Source of the DNA: Octopus sinensis
Lineage: Eukaryota
DNA: 64,000 bases
Direction of reading: 5' to 3'
Assembly: GCF_006345805.1 (NCBI RefSeq)
Contig: NC_043004.1
Span: forward strand, 101,184,001-101,248,000
Shown one piece after another: positions 63,415 to 64,000 of the stretch. Position 1 is the first letter of the stretch. Each line of letters opens with the position of its first letter. The translations under genes were made by a program, and so were the position numbers. The notes beneath the pieces are model-generated. The model was not told the origin of the DNA and did no database searches. It saw nothing but the letters and a program-made list of their open reading frames with translations.

Positions 63415-64000
63415 ATTATTATCTCTGCCTTAGCGAAGGCGGAGGTATTGTTTACAGTCGTGTTTGTTTGTGGACAAGATATTCTGTACCGGACAAGGAT
63501 TCCGGATTATTTTTTCCTGTTTTTATTACTTAACTAGCAGTATCACGCGGCGTTGCTCGGGTTTGTAAGGGAAATAACTATAAAGTATTTTTAGAGAGTT
63601 ATAGCCAAAAAATAGCAAAAAAATGGAAAAAAAACGATGGTAAATTTTTTTTTTAGTAAAAAAGGTCGAGTTGCGTCCCCTAGACAGTCTGTGGTTTGTG
63701 TTTCTGATTCTCGACCCCATGTCGAATTTATCGATGTTTTTCAGAACTGGGGGAACTTTTCAAAATTTTCGCTGCGTTAGTTTTGAATTATGACATTGGG
63801 CTATGTGTGTGTCAAGTTTCATCAGAATCGGTTGAAAGCCGTGGTCAGGGTGAGGGTACAACCTGACAGACACACAGACAGACAAACTGCCGTTTATATA
63901 GAGAGAGATTTTTGAGAGCAGTCGGGTTCATATTTAGTATTCTCATTTGTGAGAGCAGGTGAGTTTATTTCAGATATTCTCATTTTGAAAATCATCTCTG
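63415..64000 (+). mobile_element. Helentron/DINE-like element interrupted by a Helitron copy
   Basis: Hairpin CTCTGCC-TTAGCGAA-GGCGGAG followed by GTTTGTTTGT; the sequence after 63909 is assumed to continue it. Confidence 0.4.
63534..63908 (-). mobile_element. Complete non-autonomous Helitron-like element (375 bp)
   Basis: Minus strand A|TCTCTCTCTATATAA...hairpin...CTAG|T; no TSD; A|T target. Confidence 0.85.

Overview
Repeat-dense eukaryotic (animal) DNA. The SINE families and the extreme (TA)n/(TG)n/(GATA)n load look like an Octopus-type cephalopod genome; this is inferred from recognising the repeats, with no database search. No host protein-coding gene can be identified, and nearly all listed ORFs are microsatellite or SINE artefacts. 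Contents: many tRNA-derived SINEs of at least four types (CORE-type with an internal microsatellite, Meta-domain type, and two other tRNA-headed types); decayed non-LTR retrotransposons (RTE, CR1/L2-like, R4/Dong); several MITEs with clear TIRs and TSDs (Tigger/pogo, hAT, piggyBac, Merlin-like); three copies of a non-autonomous Helitron; and one 100-N gap. Most interesting observations: (1) short elements carrying minimal hammerhead-ribozyme motifs with covarying stems, of the Penelope/retrozyme type; (2) SINE multimers that always restart at one hairpin junction; (3) a 90-nt hairpin with Microprocessor-like geometry; (4) a switch from CpG-retaining to CpG-decayed sequence near 33-34 kb, suggesting a methylated gene body on the right.
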